Assembly (NCBI GenBank): GCA_000934665.2 | Contig: KZ538944.1 | Span: 1 to 39,217 of the forward strand | Origin: Catajapyx aquilonaris | Taxonomy: Eukaryota | Length of the DNA: 39,217 nt | Reading direction: 5' to 3' | Shown here: in pieces, positions 23,601 through 36,200 of the stretch | How positions within the stretch are numbered: the stretch's first letter is position 1 | Layout: each line of letters begins with the position of its first letter | Notes under the pieces: generated by a model | The model's input: the letters and a program-made list of their open reading frames with translations, nothing else | What the model was told of the DNA's origin: nothing | The model's database searches: none | Translations under genes and position numbers: made by a program

Positions 23601-24401
23601 CCGGAGGTCAGCTGCCCCCTCACATTCCACCGGAGCTGGGTCCCCACGTGGACCTGGGACTCAACCCGGAGACGATGGAGCCCCCACCGGAGCCTCCAGA
23701 TCCCAATCCGACGCAACTGTTCCACTGCTGCGTCTGCAACGCCTTCGCCACCGACGGTCTGGACGGGCTGTCGCACCATCTCAGCCAGGACCGTACCAAA
23801 CTGCGAGAGCAGGAGATCCTGATGGTGGTGGCCGGGCACTACGTCTGCAAGCTGTGCACCTACAAGACCAACCTGAAGGCCAACTTCCAGCTTCACTGCA
23901 AGACGGACAAGCACTTGCAGCGCCTGCAGCACGTGAACCACATCAAGGAAGGCGGCAGCCGCAACGAGTGGAAGCTCAAGTACCTCAACATCTCCAACCC
24001 GGTGCAGGTCCGCTGCAACGCCTGCGACTACTACACCAACAGCACCCACAAGCTGCAGCTGCACTCGGCGCACCAGCGTCACGAGGCAGCCACCATGCTG
24101 TTCCGGCACCTGCAGAAGCACGAGGCATCCATCCCAGAAGAGACGCGAGTCTACCACTGCGTCCTGTGCATCTTCTCGTGTCGGACCAAGCTGCAGCTGC
24201 TGCAGCACGTGCGGTCCATGAAGCACCTGCAGATGGAGCAGTTACACCAGCTGCAGAGGCGGGCTGAGGGCAAGGAAGCGCAGGCGGACGTCGCCGACGT
24301 CTTTTGCGTCATTGACCAAGCCGATGGAGAGGCCGCAGCCAACGCCGCAGCAGCCGCAGCAGCAGCCGCCGCCGCCGAGGCCAATGCCACCGCTTCTGCA
24401 G
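20612..24401 (+). CDS. zfh2: Zinc finger homeodomain protein (zfh2/ZFHX3-4 ortholog), first coding exon: N-terminal low-complexity region plus zinc finger cluster
   Basis: ATG at 20612 in strong context (gtcATGg) with an in-frame TGA at 20600. ZFHX-family motifs [58 protein letters not shown] and [28 protein letters not shown]; about 8 C2H2/U1-like fingers. Donor CAG|GTCAGT after 24401 (3790 coding nt, phase 1). The ORF-track tail to 24685 reads as intron run-through. Confidence 0.93.
23228..23266 (+). repeat. Coding GCN repeat (poly-Ala 13)
   Basis: Thirteen consecutive GCN codons between two zinc fingers. Confidence 0.9.
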
Positions 24402-27400
24402 GTCAGTTCCCTCCTTTTCTTCCGTACTATATACACCGTACCGGCCGAGTAAAAGCACATTCCGGCTCACGCCGCCGCAACAGCTGCTGTCAATACCACG
24501 TGCCTATGTCAACAAAAGAGGTTTCTCGCTCCAGGCCCACATGCCCCGGACTGTTCAGAAATTTTCACCTTTTCGCGATCAAGCTTACGGCAGGTTGGCC
24601 GGATTTTGCGCAATTTTTGCGTGTTTTGAAGTGGTGGGAGAATACGTGGCGTTTCCTTATCAAGGATATAAGCGAATCTGAATAATTAGGGGTTAGGATA
24701 GTTGCGCTCGGGAAATGCCAAAAATATGCATGCAAATGTGACAGACAAATGGGCGCAATGTGAAAAAAGGTGACAGGAGAGTTACATGTGGCTGACGTGT
24801 TACATTTATTGTTTATTTTTGATAAAATTATGGAATGCAGGGATCTGAAACTAGGCGGACGAACTGACCCAAAAATCCTTATCGAAATCTGACAGACTGA
24901 TGGCACGCAATTTTGTAATTCCACGCACCAGTCAATGCGCATAGGCTGTATATACTTGTGAAGTTACCTGGCTAAATTCTTAATTAACATAAAATATATT
25001 AGTCACTCCAGTTTGAAAAATGACATTTTCTTGTTTAAAAAAAAAAAAATCAAGGTACCGGTACTTAGATTTTTTCAGTTTGTGTATCTTGCATAACAGC
25101 GGCATAGAGCATGTAAATCCATACTGTTCGTTCCAGAGAGATTTGGAAAGATTGTACATGAACAAAATAGAACTACTCACTACATGCTTGTTGGCTGATT
25201 CAATGCTGTTATTATCTTGACATGTACGGAAATGACGAGATTGTACATGCGATGTGCGCAAAGGCGAATTATCTATACTGCGTCATTTCATGGCTGTGCA
25301 CTTTTTATTCATCAAAACAATGCACATTTGCGTCCCCATTTTAGATTATTGCAGTCGCTTAGTCTAAAATATTAATATCAATGCATGGAAACTTGCTGTC
25401 TTTTGTGTAATACCGTGAATCATATTGGAAAAATTTAAGTACGTTCAATACGAATCAGTGCATGTAGGTTCATTGGTTATTGAGCCCTCCGACAGTAATT
25501 TTGTTGCTGAGTCATTTACACACAACAGCTGCATGAAGGATTGAATAATTATTTTGTTAACAATACAGAGACCCTGAAATGGAACGTTTTACACTGGCCA
25601 TTATTCCAGTACATCGCACCTGCTGACAACGAAACGCACGCTTTTGACTTAGTGGACCTTAGGCAGAATTCTAGAGGCTTATTTCTCATTTAATAGTAAA
25701 ATATGACTTGCCCTGAAGGACTTTTAGAATTCGAGTGACTGTTTCTGAAACATTGTAGCACAAATATTCATAGTTGGCTGGTTTTGACAGAGTGCAAATG
25801 TTGCATCCACTCACGCATCGGCTTGAAGTCGAGCATGAGAATTCAAGTACACAGCAAGGCTCTCTCGTCCTTGGTGCTACTGCAAACAAGGTTAACGGCC
25901 ATCCAGAATAAGCCATGAAACTTGGCTTACGGAATAATAGCTTCAGCTTACTTCCTGCAGACATTCAAGGAGTAGTACATGGCGTTTGAGGATTGGCAAA
26001 AAAATAAAAAAATTAAAAAAAATATGAGAGCAGGCAACTGTGTGATTTTATGCAGAACAGGTGGAAGCCAACCATACGGTGGGCGTCGCCTACATTTCCA
26101 TTGCTTCATGAACATAACCCCCTACATTCGACAAAAACAAGCACGAATTTACACAAATAATTACATGTGCATGGAGAATTAGCGTAATTAATTACACCCT
26201 TCCGCACGACAATGCAAGTTCATTTTTACTTCCAACCAGATAGATCTGCACCTGCTTGCACTTAATTTCTTTTTGTAAAAAAAAAAAAAACCTTATTCAT
26301 GCACAAACGGTGGGTTCTCACGTGCATTGCTATCCTGATAGGCCGAGTAAATTATGCAAATAAAGCGTCCCTTACTTACAGTGCAATTTTTATTAGCAAT
26401 ATTGATTTTGGTAAAAAATGGCACATATTTTTGCACTAGTTTTCCGGAATAGTATGGCCGGACAATCGCACACTATTTGCTGGACATTACACAAATATTG
26501 TCGCCACGTTGTAATGACAGTTAATAATTTAGTACTGACGGGTGGAACTCAAGGCGCCATCTTGTTGATTGGAAGTGAACGGAAATATGAGTCGGTGACA
26601 AGCTGGAAATTGCTCCATTGTCCTTGTTGCATTTTTATGAGAAGGCGACATTGATGGGCTCTCGGAAAAAAGAACAAGAAAAAAAAGGGGAGGACGGATT
26701 TTCTGGCGTCGTTGCATGCAAAATAGTCGACTGGGAAGGAAATGCAGCTGACAAGTTTTTCTGTAGGCGTCGATAGTCAGAGGCTTCCTAGAATTAATCC
26801 AGGTTTGAATCCAGATGGCTTTTGCCAGCACCGGCAGGGAATAAGGGATAGAAACCTTAGAAGAAAAAAAAATAGGGGCGTCGGTGGGAGGAATTTCTGG
26901 TCACGAAATAGATAACTATTTGGTCACGGAGTCGCAAAGGCTGCCTGCAATGAGCTCTCTATCCAATTCCTGTAGACTCGCCTGTGACGGACTTACCCCA
27001 GGCCCATTTCTTGGATTCCTCTGAGCTGGAAAAAGGAAAGGGGGAAAAATTTTTAAATTTGGCCTTTGTGTTGGACTGCCTCTCAAAATGAGGCGACGCC
27101 ACCAAAATGGAGGCTGCAAGCTTTGCTTGTTTTTCAATTCTCCGCAGCACCCTATTCCCCCCCCAAGTTTTTATATATAACCACAGGCTACTATTGGCAG
27201 AAAAAAAATAATTGCGATTGTCGTGTCCACTATTGGCAGGTAAAATATCTAGGGGGCGAACCTGGCGACATTATTAACAGTCAAGTTGTCATGGCGACTA
27301 GGAAATGCCTCCCTTGATAGGAACGCAAATGGCCCCGCGGAATTACATCTGGCAGAGACCTATGGAAGATTGAAAACCTTGCCAAACCCTTTTATTTTCC

Positions 27401-29100
27401 TGAATATTGATGCGGACTATTCCTGCCACTACCATCCCGCCCCACATTTCCAGCCCCGCCCCCACCCTCTTCTTTTCTTTCTTTCCCCCTGCCCGAAACA
27501 AGATCATTGTCGTGAGTCGATGGTGTTCATTTATCGGCACGATAGCCTCGTGTAAGAAGGACGTGGCATTTGCTTCGGGTGGCAGCAATGCGCATGTGCA
27601 ATTATATTGTGACGTCACGATGAGTACATGCAGCTGATAAGAGCACGGGGGTATCCATAAGGCTGGGGTAGGAGTCAGTGGGCGGATATGCGACCGAGGC
27701 AAGATGGCGAGATACGAGGGTTATTGAAAGACAAGACGATGGGAACATGTGTGAAGGGGATGGGGGAATAAAAATGGTTTTGAACCAAGAGCAAGGCGGG
27801 TGGATCTATTAGAATCGGGTCGAAACGAGCGGCTTGTGTCGGACGACAAGTGGCCGTTTCCTGAAGGACCTTTTTTCCCCGGAAGCTCCCCCGTGTACGA
27901 AATGAGACGAAGGGGTCAAGCAGGCGGTCAAAATGTTGTACCGAGTTGTGCGGATGGCTCTTTCTTTCATGCCCCTACCAAGAAGTGGTAGTTCTGAGGA
28001 ATCGCATTTGGGCATCAGATTGATTCCATCTTTCATGTCGGATCTGGTCGATCTTTTGGACAGGGGTTGATTGGTGTACAGGGTGGTTCCAAACTTCTTC
28101 TCTTCCTCTTTTCTCAGGCACATACTCAGCCCCGCACAGCCCCGAACGCCATCAGTACCGGTCCCGCATGGTGAAAGCATGCAGGCGTAAGGCGTTGACC
28201 GGTGTGTATACGCCGCCAGATGATCGCTTTTGGATGGGGCTTTGTCGAATTTGAGGCAACTCAGGGCATAAATCAAAATATTTTGACCCCCACCAAGCCT
28301 AGTCATGTTCTATTCAATATTGTCTAGTCATTCTACGCACACGCACTTGAAGGATGAGTTGGCACCGTCAGCACAAGTAATACGGTAGCTTGTTTCATGT
28401 CTTTCTCCACTTATGTTTTTTTTGCGCGCTTTGCATTGTAAGTGAGTCGAACCGGGCAGCCTCTCTCTCGTTGCACTTGCGTGTTTGCAACTGCTGGGCC
28501 GGCCGTAATGACACCGAGATTTGGCGGGGACTAATGACCGGGGCTTCCCGAGGCCTTTATTAAGGGTGGGCTCCCGCGGCGGGGGGACGCTGAGGTGCCA
28601 CCAAGATAATATTATTGCCTCGCACTTGTGACGTATCCCTCCAGGTTTTTTAAAAAAGGGATTGCGTACTGGGTGGGCTACCATGCCAGTACACTTTTAA
28701 TTCGACAGGTGCATAAGGCACACGCTGGCGCATTTTGTACACGCAGGGCTGGCGTAAGCGAATCCCAGTTTGGACAGTGGTCCGGCCATTGGTAATTCTA
28801 CCCGCGAGCCTATCGGGGGGTTTAATCTTGCGACTGGCTTGATGCCGGCGTTTAAGTTGATTCGCTGTTCCAGAGGGGGGGGGGGGNNNNAGGGGGGGGG
28901 GGGGCGGAGAGGGATTGACTTTGCATATTACAGGCCAAGAATGGGCCAGAGAGACGCACGGACCTATAATCACGTCTCTTTACCCAACAGTCGCCTTGTT
29001 ATTTATTAACCAACATGGAGTGAGTTATTCACTTTAACGAGCTTCCAGCTTCAGGCACTGTTAATATTTAATGCTGATAGATTATTTGTGCCGTTCCACA

Positions 29101-29120
29101 TGTCACAATTAATTGTGACA
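29101..29120. repeat. Perfect 20-bp palindrome in the intron
   Basis: TGTCACAATT|AATTGTGACA. Confidence 0.9.
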
Positions 29121-30150
29121 CTTTTGTACCCATTTTCGACCCAGTGTTCCACGTCAGCTTTTTTGTGTGGGGACTGTCGTTTTGTCCTGCGCGAATTAAA
29201 TATTCCATCGTAATGGAGGACTTTGAGCATGCCCCTTCAGCTGCTTGTGATTATGAACTGTAATCCGCTGTCAGGCAAAGATAGGAAATAATGTTGGCCA
29301 ACCTTGAGCCGAACAGCTAATAAATTATTAGGCTCAATTTCGTGCGGACTAAACTCTTCATGAACGACCTAATTTCTGTCTGGAAACGAGACCCGATGGT
29401 TTTATCCTGTTAAAGGAATCCCAAGTTAAAAAATTAAAAGCGCCATTTAGCTGTCATCCGAAACTATGATGGCTGATTCGTGGAACATTGCCATTTAACT
29501 GGCAGCTGAGTTTGTCCTCATTGTTTGTGAAACTATATTGAGCGGACCAGATTGGACGGTCAGGGCTCTAAGTTGCGTTTAGAGTCCATTACGCATTTAT
29601 CTCTCCTTTTTGGGTCCGACTTTACAAACGATGTAAAAAACAATAAAATGATAAATGTTCGTTGATATTTAATGAGGTGGCGTCACGTGGATAGTCCATG
29701 GACGTGATTAGGTCAGGGCTTGATCGATAGGTAATGCGGTCTAATATGTTTTGGGGAAACAGTGCTGGTACGGTGTATTTTATCGGCTTGCTCGGCACCA
29801 CTGTGAATCACCACTTATCCACTCAGGAGTTGGCTAATATTATTGAATGTACTTTTTTATTATTATGTGTGCTGGCCTTGAGTGTTGCGCCCTTCGCATT
29901 CTTGCTTTCTGAATACACCCAACTTTCATTGTGTTTAGAATTTTATCGCAATTTAATGCGAAATGGTTGCATTTGCATATGTACCGTGTATAGCAAGACA
30001 CATGTGGATAGAAACGAACACTTGGCCAAATTGCACACTTTCCGAGGCTCCGTGTGCAAAATGTTTGCTCCAAAAGTATTTTTTTGAATAGTCACTTTTA
30101 GTGAGTCACACAGTGGTGACGTGTATGCCCAAGTGTTAGTTGCATTTTAG

Positions 30151-30165
30151 TACCCATTTGGCCAG
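30151..30165 (+). CDS. Candidate 15-nt alternative microexon (adds VPIWP)
   Basis: tgcattttag|TACCCATTTGGCCAG|gtaagg; phase 1-1, no stop, followed by a 61-nt intron to the 30227 acceptor. Confidence 0.4.
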
Positions 30166-30226
30166 GTAAGGCTTGATTGTTGTTATGTCCTACAAGATCG
30201 GGGTTGGTTGTTTTGATTCTCTGCAG

Positions 30227-33200
30227 ATTCGAAGGAGGCCGTGCGGTTGAAAAAGGAAGCGGTGGAGAAGGACAGTATGCTGAAGCACGCTCTGGAGAAG
30301 GAAGGAAACGGCGGCGGCGGGGAGAGCAGCAGCGAGCAAGGCGGTGGAGGACCATTCATGTGCCCCTACTGCAACTACACGTGCATGTCTGAAATGAGGA
30401 TGCAGGCTCACGTCATTGCCCAGCACTCGCAGGCACCTCCGGAGATCCCGTGTCCTCTCTGCCAGGACAGCTTCAAAGACAAGGCGCAGCTGGAGAAGCA
30501 CGTCATGCAGGTGCACAGCGTCAATGCTGAGGGCCTGCAGAGGTTGCTGCTGCTAGTGGACCAGTCGCACTGGCTCAATGCGGTGTCCAGGCCGCAACAG
30601 CAGCAACAGCAGCAACAACAGCATAGTGCCAAAGCGGATCAGTCGAACAAGAGGGCGGAGAGGGTAAGCAGCGAGGGGGAGGACAAGGAGGACAACAACT
30701 CTGAGGAGCATTCGGACTTGGACGAACTCCGCTGCCAGACCTGCTCCAACAATTACCGCAATATTGACGAGCTGTACCAGCATCAAAGCGAGGCTGGACA
30801 CTTGGAGGTGAAGCAGACTCCTGGAGGTCCTGGCTACTTGTGTTGGAAGAAGGGCTGCAACCAGTACTTCCCGAGCGGACCCAGTCTGCAGATGCATTTC
30901 CGGGAGATCCATTCCAAAGGCGGGGGCCTGACAGCCACCGCAGCAGTGTCCGAAAAGCATGTGTACAAGTACCGGTGCAGCCAGTGCAGCCTGGCCTTCA
31001 AGACCATGGACAAACTGCAGCTACATTCGCAGTACCATGTGATACGCGACGCCACCAAGTGTGGGCTATGCGGACGGAGCTTCCGTTCACTGATGGCCCT
31101 TCAAAAGCACGTGGAGACGTCGCATCCCGAGCTGTCCGAGGAGGAAGTGGCACAGTACAAGCAGAGCTTGCTGACCAACAACCCGCTGCTTCTGGCCGGC
31201 TTGGGAGGCCAGGTCCTGGACCAGGCTGCTGTCAATGAGCTGCTGAGGAAGGATGGCACGGCCATCAAGGAGGAGGAGCAGCCGTCGGAGGTGTCGGCGG
31301 CGGGGGGCGAAGAGGCAGAGGGTCGAGATGGGGACAGGGACGACTTGCTGCTGCTGCAGGCGGCGGAAGGCCCTGAGGGGGACGGGGAGAACAGTAACGA
31401 CTCAACATACAAAGAACAACAGTTCCTAGAAGATTACCTGAATAGTCAAGCTATAGCAGAAGATAGTTATAATGATCCTAATAGAAAGTACAAATGCCAT
31501 CGTTGCAAGGTAGCTTTTACGAGACAGAGCTATTTAACCAGTCACAATAAGACTTTGTTGCATAGGAAGGGGGAGAAGTTGAGTTACCCTATGGAGAAGT
31601 ACCTAGATCCAAACCGGCCCTACAAATGTGATGTTTGCAAGGAGTCCTTCACGCAGAAGAACATACTTCTCGTTCACTACAATTCGGTCAGCCATCTTCA
31701 CAAACTCAAGAGGGCCATGCAAGAGCAGCAAAACCCCACCCCGCCTCAGTTGGCTCCGCCAAATCTGGCCACTCAAGCCAACGGAAGCGTGACCCCAGGT
31801 GGCCTGGTCAACAGCTTGGTCAAAACAGAGGACGACGACAAGAAGCCGTACAAGTGTAACATCTGCAAGGTGGCCTACAGCCAGGGTTCAACTTTGGACA
31901 TCCACATGCGCTCGGTACTACATCAGACGAGAGCGTCCAAGTTGCAAGAACTGGCCATGACAGGCCAGATTGACCTGAGCAAGCCTCTGATCGAGCAGCC
32001 TGAGACACAGAAAATTCAGGATCAGCATAAAAAGTTAATTCAGGACATTCTGTCTCAGAAGCAGCAGCAACAACAACAACAACAACAGCAGCAGGTGCAG
32101 CAGCAACAACAGCAACAGCTCCAACCTCCAACCCCGGGAAGCAGTTCGACCCCGACCCCGAGTCCTGGACCGCAGCCGTTGCCCAACAGCAGCAGCAACG
32201 CCAGCGGTGCCATCAGTTCTGGTGCCAAAGGGAGACAAGTAACCAGCCCCTCCTCGATAGTTCCTCCACAAGTTGCCTCGCAGAACCCAAGCCCCACAAT
32301 CCTTTCCTGTCCACGCTGCAGTGCCATATTCATGTCCCAGGAGCAGTTGATGCAGCACCAGCAGCTCTACTGTCTATTCCAAAACCCTCTCAATATCTTC
32401 TCGGCCCTTCCCGCCACCTCCATGTCCTCCCCAATCGTGCCTACCACCACCTCCGCCGACCAGCAACAACACCGATCATCCCCGTTGCAAAACGTGAAAG
32501 CGCCGTCGTCCCCAACGCCATCTCAGCAGGAAGACGCGGCTCTTCCTAGATTTTCCATGCCCGGAAAGAAGTCCTCGCAGATTTACAAGCACCTCCTTGA
32601 GAGCTACGGCTTCGAGGTTGTGATGCAGTTCAATGAATACCATCAGAACCGGGCCCGGAAAGATAGGGAAGAAGAGTTGGATCGATTGAGCAGGGAGCTG
32701 GTTGCCAGCACTTCTGCGGCCGCGGCAGAGGAGGAGATGGATCAGCAACAGCACCTGCCGGAGATGTCCAAGTCCATGTGCCAACATTGCAGGAAAGAGT
32801 TTTCGAGCGTTTGGGTGCTGAAAGCGCACTGCGAAGAAATCCACCGGGAGATTGTTCCTTTGGAGTTCCTAGAGCGCTACGCGGACGACTTCAAGGTGGA
32901 GTATGAAAAGAAGTCGTCCAATGGCGCTGTTCCTGCCTCGTCTGTGGCCAACGGAGCATCCCCCAACGGAGGCGGCTGCGGAAGCAGCAACTCGTCCCCC
33001 GAGAAAGAGGGCAGCAGCACTGGAGAAGAGAACGCGACAAAGCAGGATTGCAGCAAGTCCACGGCAGGTGCGGATTCCTCCACTTCCGCCGCCGCCGCCG
33101 CTGCTGCGTCCACCGGTGGAGGCAATGCGACACCAGGGGCGGCAACGGGAGCTTCCACCGCTCCAAGCACTCCGACAGCATCTTCCACCCCTGCCTCCAG

Positions 33201-36200
33201 CACCGAGTCAATTCCAGGAACCACCCCTGGCAACGGCGGTTCCGGAAACGGTGCAGGAGGAGCGGGAGGAATGTCCGTAAACATGTCCAATCTGTCCATG
33301 TCTCTGGCTCAGCAGATGAACGAGATGCAGGCGGCACTGAGCGCCATGGCGGCGTCGCAGTTGCAGCAGCTGCAGTTCAATCCAATGATGATGAGTATGG
33401 CGGGGCTGGGCATGGGCTTGCCCCTCGGCCTTAATATGCCTGCTTTGGCTGCGATGAACTTGCAGCCGCCCCTAGTTCCTATGATGATGCCGCCACCCTT
33501 TGACCCCCTGGGGGCTCTGGCCCAAGCCCAATCGCCGCTTTTCCCGCCCTCGCTGGACCCTAGCATGCTGGCCAAGCAGCAGCAGCTCCTCCAGCAGCAG
33601 CAGGCCACTGTGGCCGCCCAGCAGAAGAGAGCCCGTACTCGCATAACTGACGAGCAGCTCAAGATCCTCCGGGCGCACTTTGACATCAACAACTCGCCCT
33701 CGGAGGAGCAAATCAGCGAGATGGCGCAGCAGAGTGGTCTCCCGCCCAAAGTCATCAAGCACTGGTTCCGAAACACGCTATTCAAGGAACGCCAGAGGAA
33801 TAAGGATTCCCCGTACAACTTTAGCAACCCTCCTTCAACTACTCTCAACCTGGAGGAGTACGAGAAGACGGGGGAAACCAAAGTAATGCCTCTGGAAGGT
33901 CGCGGAAGCGGCGGCGACCACCACAGTCAGCAGCATCACCAACAGCAGCAGCAGCAGCAGCAACAACAACTTCAACAACAACAGCATCACCACCAGAAGG
34001 ACACGAAGGCAGCAGCAAGCAAGGATGGGGGAAAGGGCAGTGCTAGTTGCGGTGGTGGTGTGGTGTCAGTGAGCAGAGAACATAAACTGCTACAGGAAAC
34101 ATCATCAGAGCAATGCCAGAAACATACCCCCGAGCCTTCTTCTTGTTCCTCGTCACAAGTGCCGGCCGCGACCACCATCTCATCCGCTCTACCAGCAGTG
34201 AGTAGTAGCGCCGCCAGCGCGTCCTCGTCAGTTCCTGTAACACGTAGTTCCTCTCCCAGCAGCCTTACTCTCACGTCAATCATCACGTCTCAACTAAGTT
34301 CCGACACAACCCAACAGCAGCAACAGCAACAGCAACAGCAACCCAACAGCATGCTTCCACCCAAGCAAACACCTGGCTTCACTTGCCCTAATCAAGTTCC
34401 TACTTCGAATATGCTACCTCTGTCCTCTTCTTTCTCTAGCCCAACCATGAACCGGACGGACAGTCTGGTGCTCAACTCACCCTGTAGTAGCGCCAGCAGC
34501 ATCAACTGCCCTTCCATTTCCAGTTCGGGGAGCTCGGGGAAACGGGCCAATCGCACTCGCTTCACGGACTACCAGATCAAAGTCCTCCAGGAGTTCTTTG
34601 AGAATAATGCATATCCAAAAGACGACGATTTGGAGTACCTTTCCAAGCTTCTCAACCTGAGTCCAAGGGTGATTGTGGTGTGGTTCCAGAACGCCAGGCA
34701 GAAAGCGAGGAAAGTGTATGAAAACCAGCCGCCGTTGGATCCTCAAGACGAAGGAGCCGGTCGGTTCCAGCGCACCCCCGGCCTCAACTACCAGTGCAAG
34801 AAATGCCTGCTGGTGTTCCAGAGGTATTACGAGCTCATCCGGCACCAGAAGACGCACTGCTTCAAGGAGGAGGACGCCAAGAGATCGGCCCAGGCGCAGG
34901 CAGCAGCAGCACAGATAGCGGCCGCCCTCTCCTCCGAAGATAGCAATTCCAGCACCATCACTGAGTCGGCGGCCTCCGCGGCCTCGGGGCCCGGCCTCTT
35001 GTCCACCGGACCAACTGGTGTCTCGGACAGCAAGGCGCACCACGAAGGGTCTTTCCAGTGCGACAAGTGTAATCTGGTGTTTCCCAGATTCGACCTGTGG
35101 AGGGAACACCAGCTGGTGCACATCATGAACCCAAACCTGTTCCCGTCGTATCCTCCCGACAGTCCTTTTGGAATCCTGCAGCAGCAAGGGCACCCTCAGC
35201 AATCCCAGGCGTCTCCTCCGCCCCAACCTCAGCAGCACACGGCCCCGTCATCTCCGGTGCCTCAGGAGCAGCTACCACCATCTCTGAGCCAGCTGGGAAC
35301 GGGGTCCGGAAGCTGCGGAGGACCAGGAAGTAGTGGGGGAGGATGTGGTGGTAGTGGAGGAGGAGGAGGGGGATCTGCAGGAGGCGGTGGTTCGCGCCCA
35401 CTGACCCCTCTGCAGGACTGCGGCGGCAGCAGCTGCAGTGGAGGGATCCCCAGTCCTCCGAAGAGAAAGTGGATGGAAGATTGCGACGACGACAAGGAGG
35501 AGCAGCCCCGGGACAAGAGGCTGCGCACTACCATCCTCCCGGAGCAGCTGGACTACCTGTACCAGAAGTACCAGATCGAGAGCAACCCCAGCAGGAAAAT
35601 GCTGGAGAACATTGCCCGCGAGGTGGGACTGAAGAAGCGCGTGGTTCAGGTCTGGTTCCAAAACACACGGGCGCGGGAGAGAAAGGGTCAGTTCCGCGCC
35701 CATGCACAGGTCATCAACAAGCGCTGCCCCTTCTGCCCCGCGCTCTTTAAGGTCAAGTCTGCCCTGGAGTCCCACCTGGCCACAAAGCACGCGGAGCAGT
35801 ACACAAAGGGAGAGATCAACATTGATGCTCTCCCGGACGAGGAGCCCAGTCAAGAGCCCTCGTTTCTAATGGGTGATAATTCCAAAGTTCCTACTAGTTA
35901 TTGTTCAACTACTACTTCTACTCCTACATCCATTGGTGCTTCGGGTATGATGCCTCCCTTCTTTCCCCCCCTCCCCTCCCACTCGGACGTGGAGAGTTCC
36001 CTCAAAAAGTTTTACGAGGAATCCCTTCGCCGGTACACCAACGAGGTGCAAGGCGCTAGTCACAAAAGCAACACCCCAACCCCTGCCACCACCACCACCA
36101 CCTCCACCTCGACCTCCACCTCTAGCCATTCCGCCTCCGCCAGTGTCAGCAACAGCAACGGCAATGGCAACGGCCCCACCGATCTCAGCATGAAGCTGTC

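Larger units (their letters stand above)
24402..30226 (+). other. zfh2: Phase-1 GT-AG intron (5825 nt) between the two large coding exons
   Basis: GTCAGT donor, pyrimidine tract plus CAG acceptor, and reading frame preserved across the junction (ASA-D-SKEA). Confidence 0.85.

Noticed and set aside
22826..24226. 466-aa antisense ORF (also 20966-21829, 34477-35238 and similar)
   Set aside because: Shadow ORFs expected opposite GC3-rich coding sequence; no recognisable domains.
24402..24685. C-terminal 94 codons of the 1357-aa ORF
   Set aside because: Lies after a good donor whose phase matches the next exon; composition changes abruptly, so it is intron read-through.
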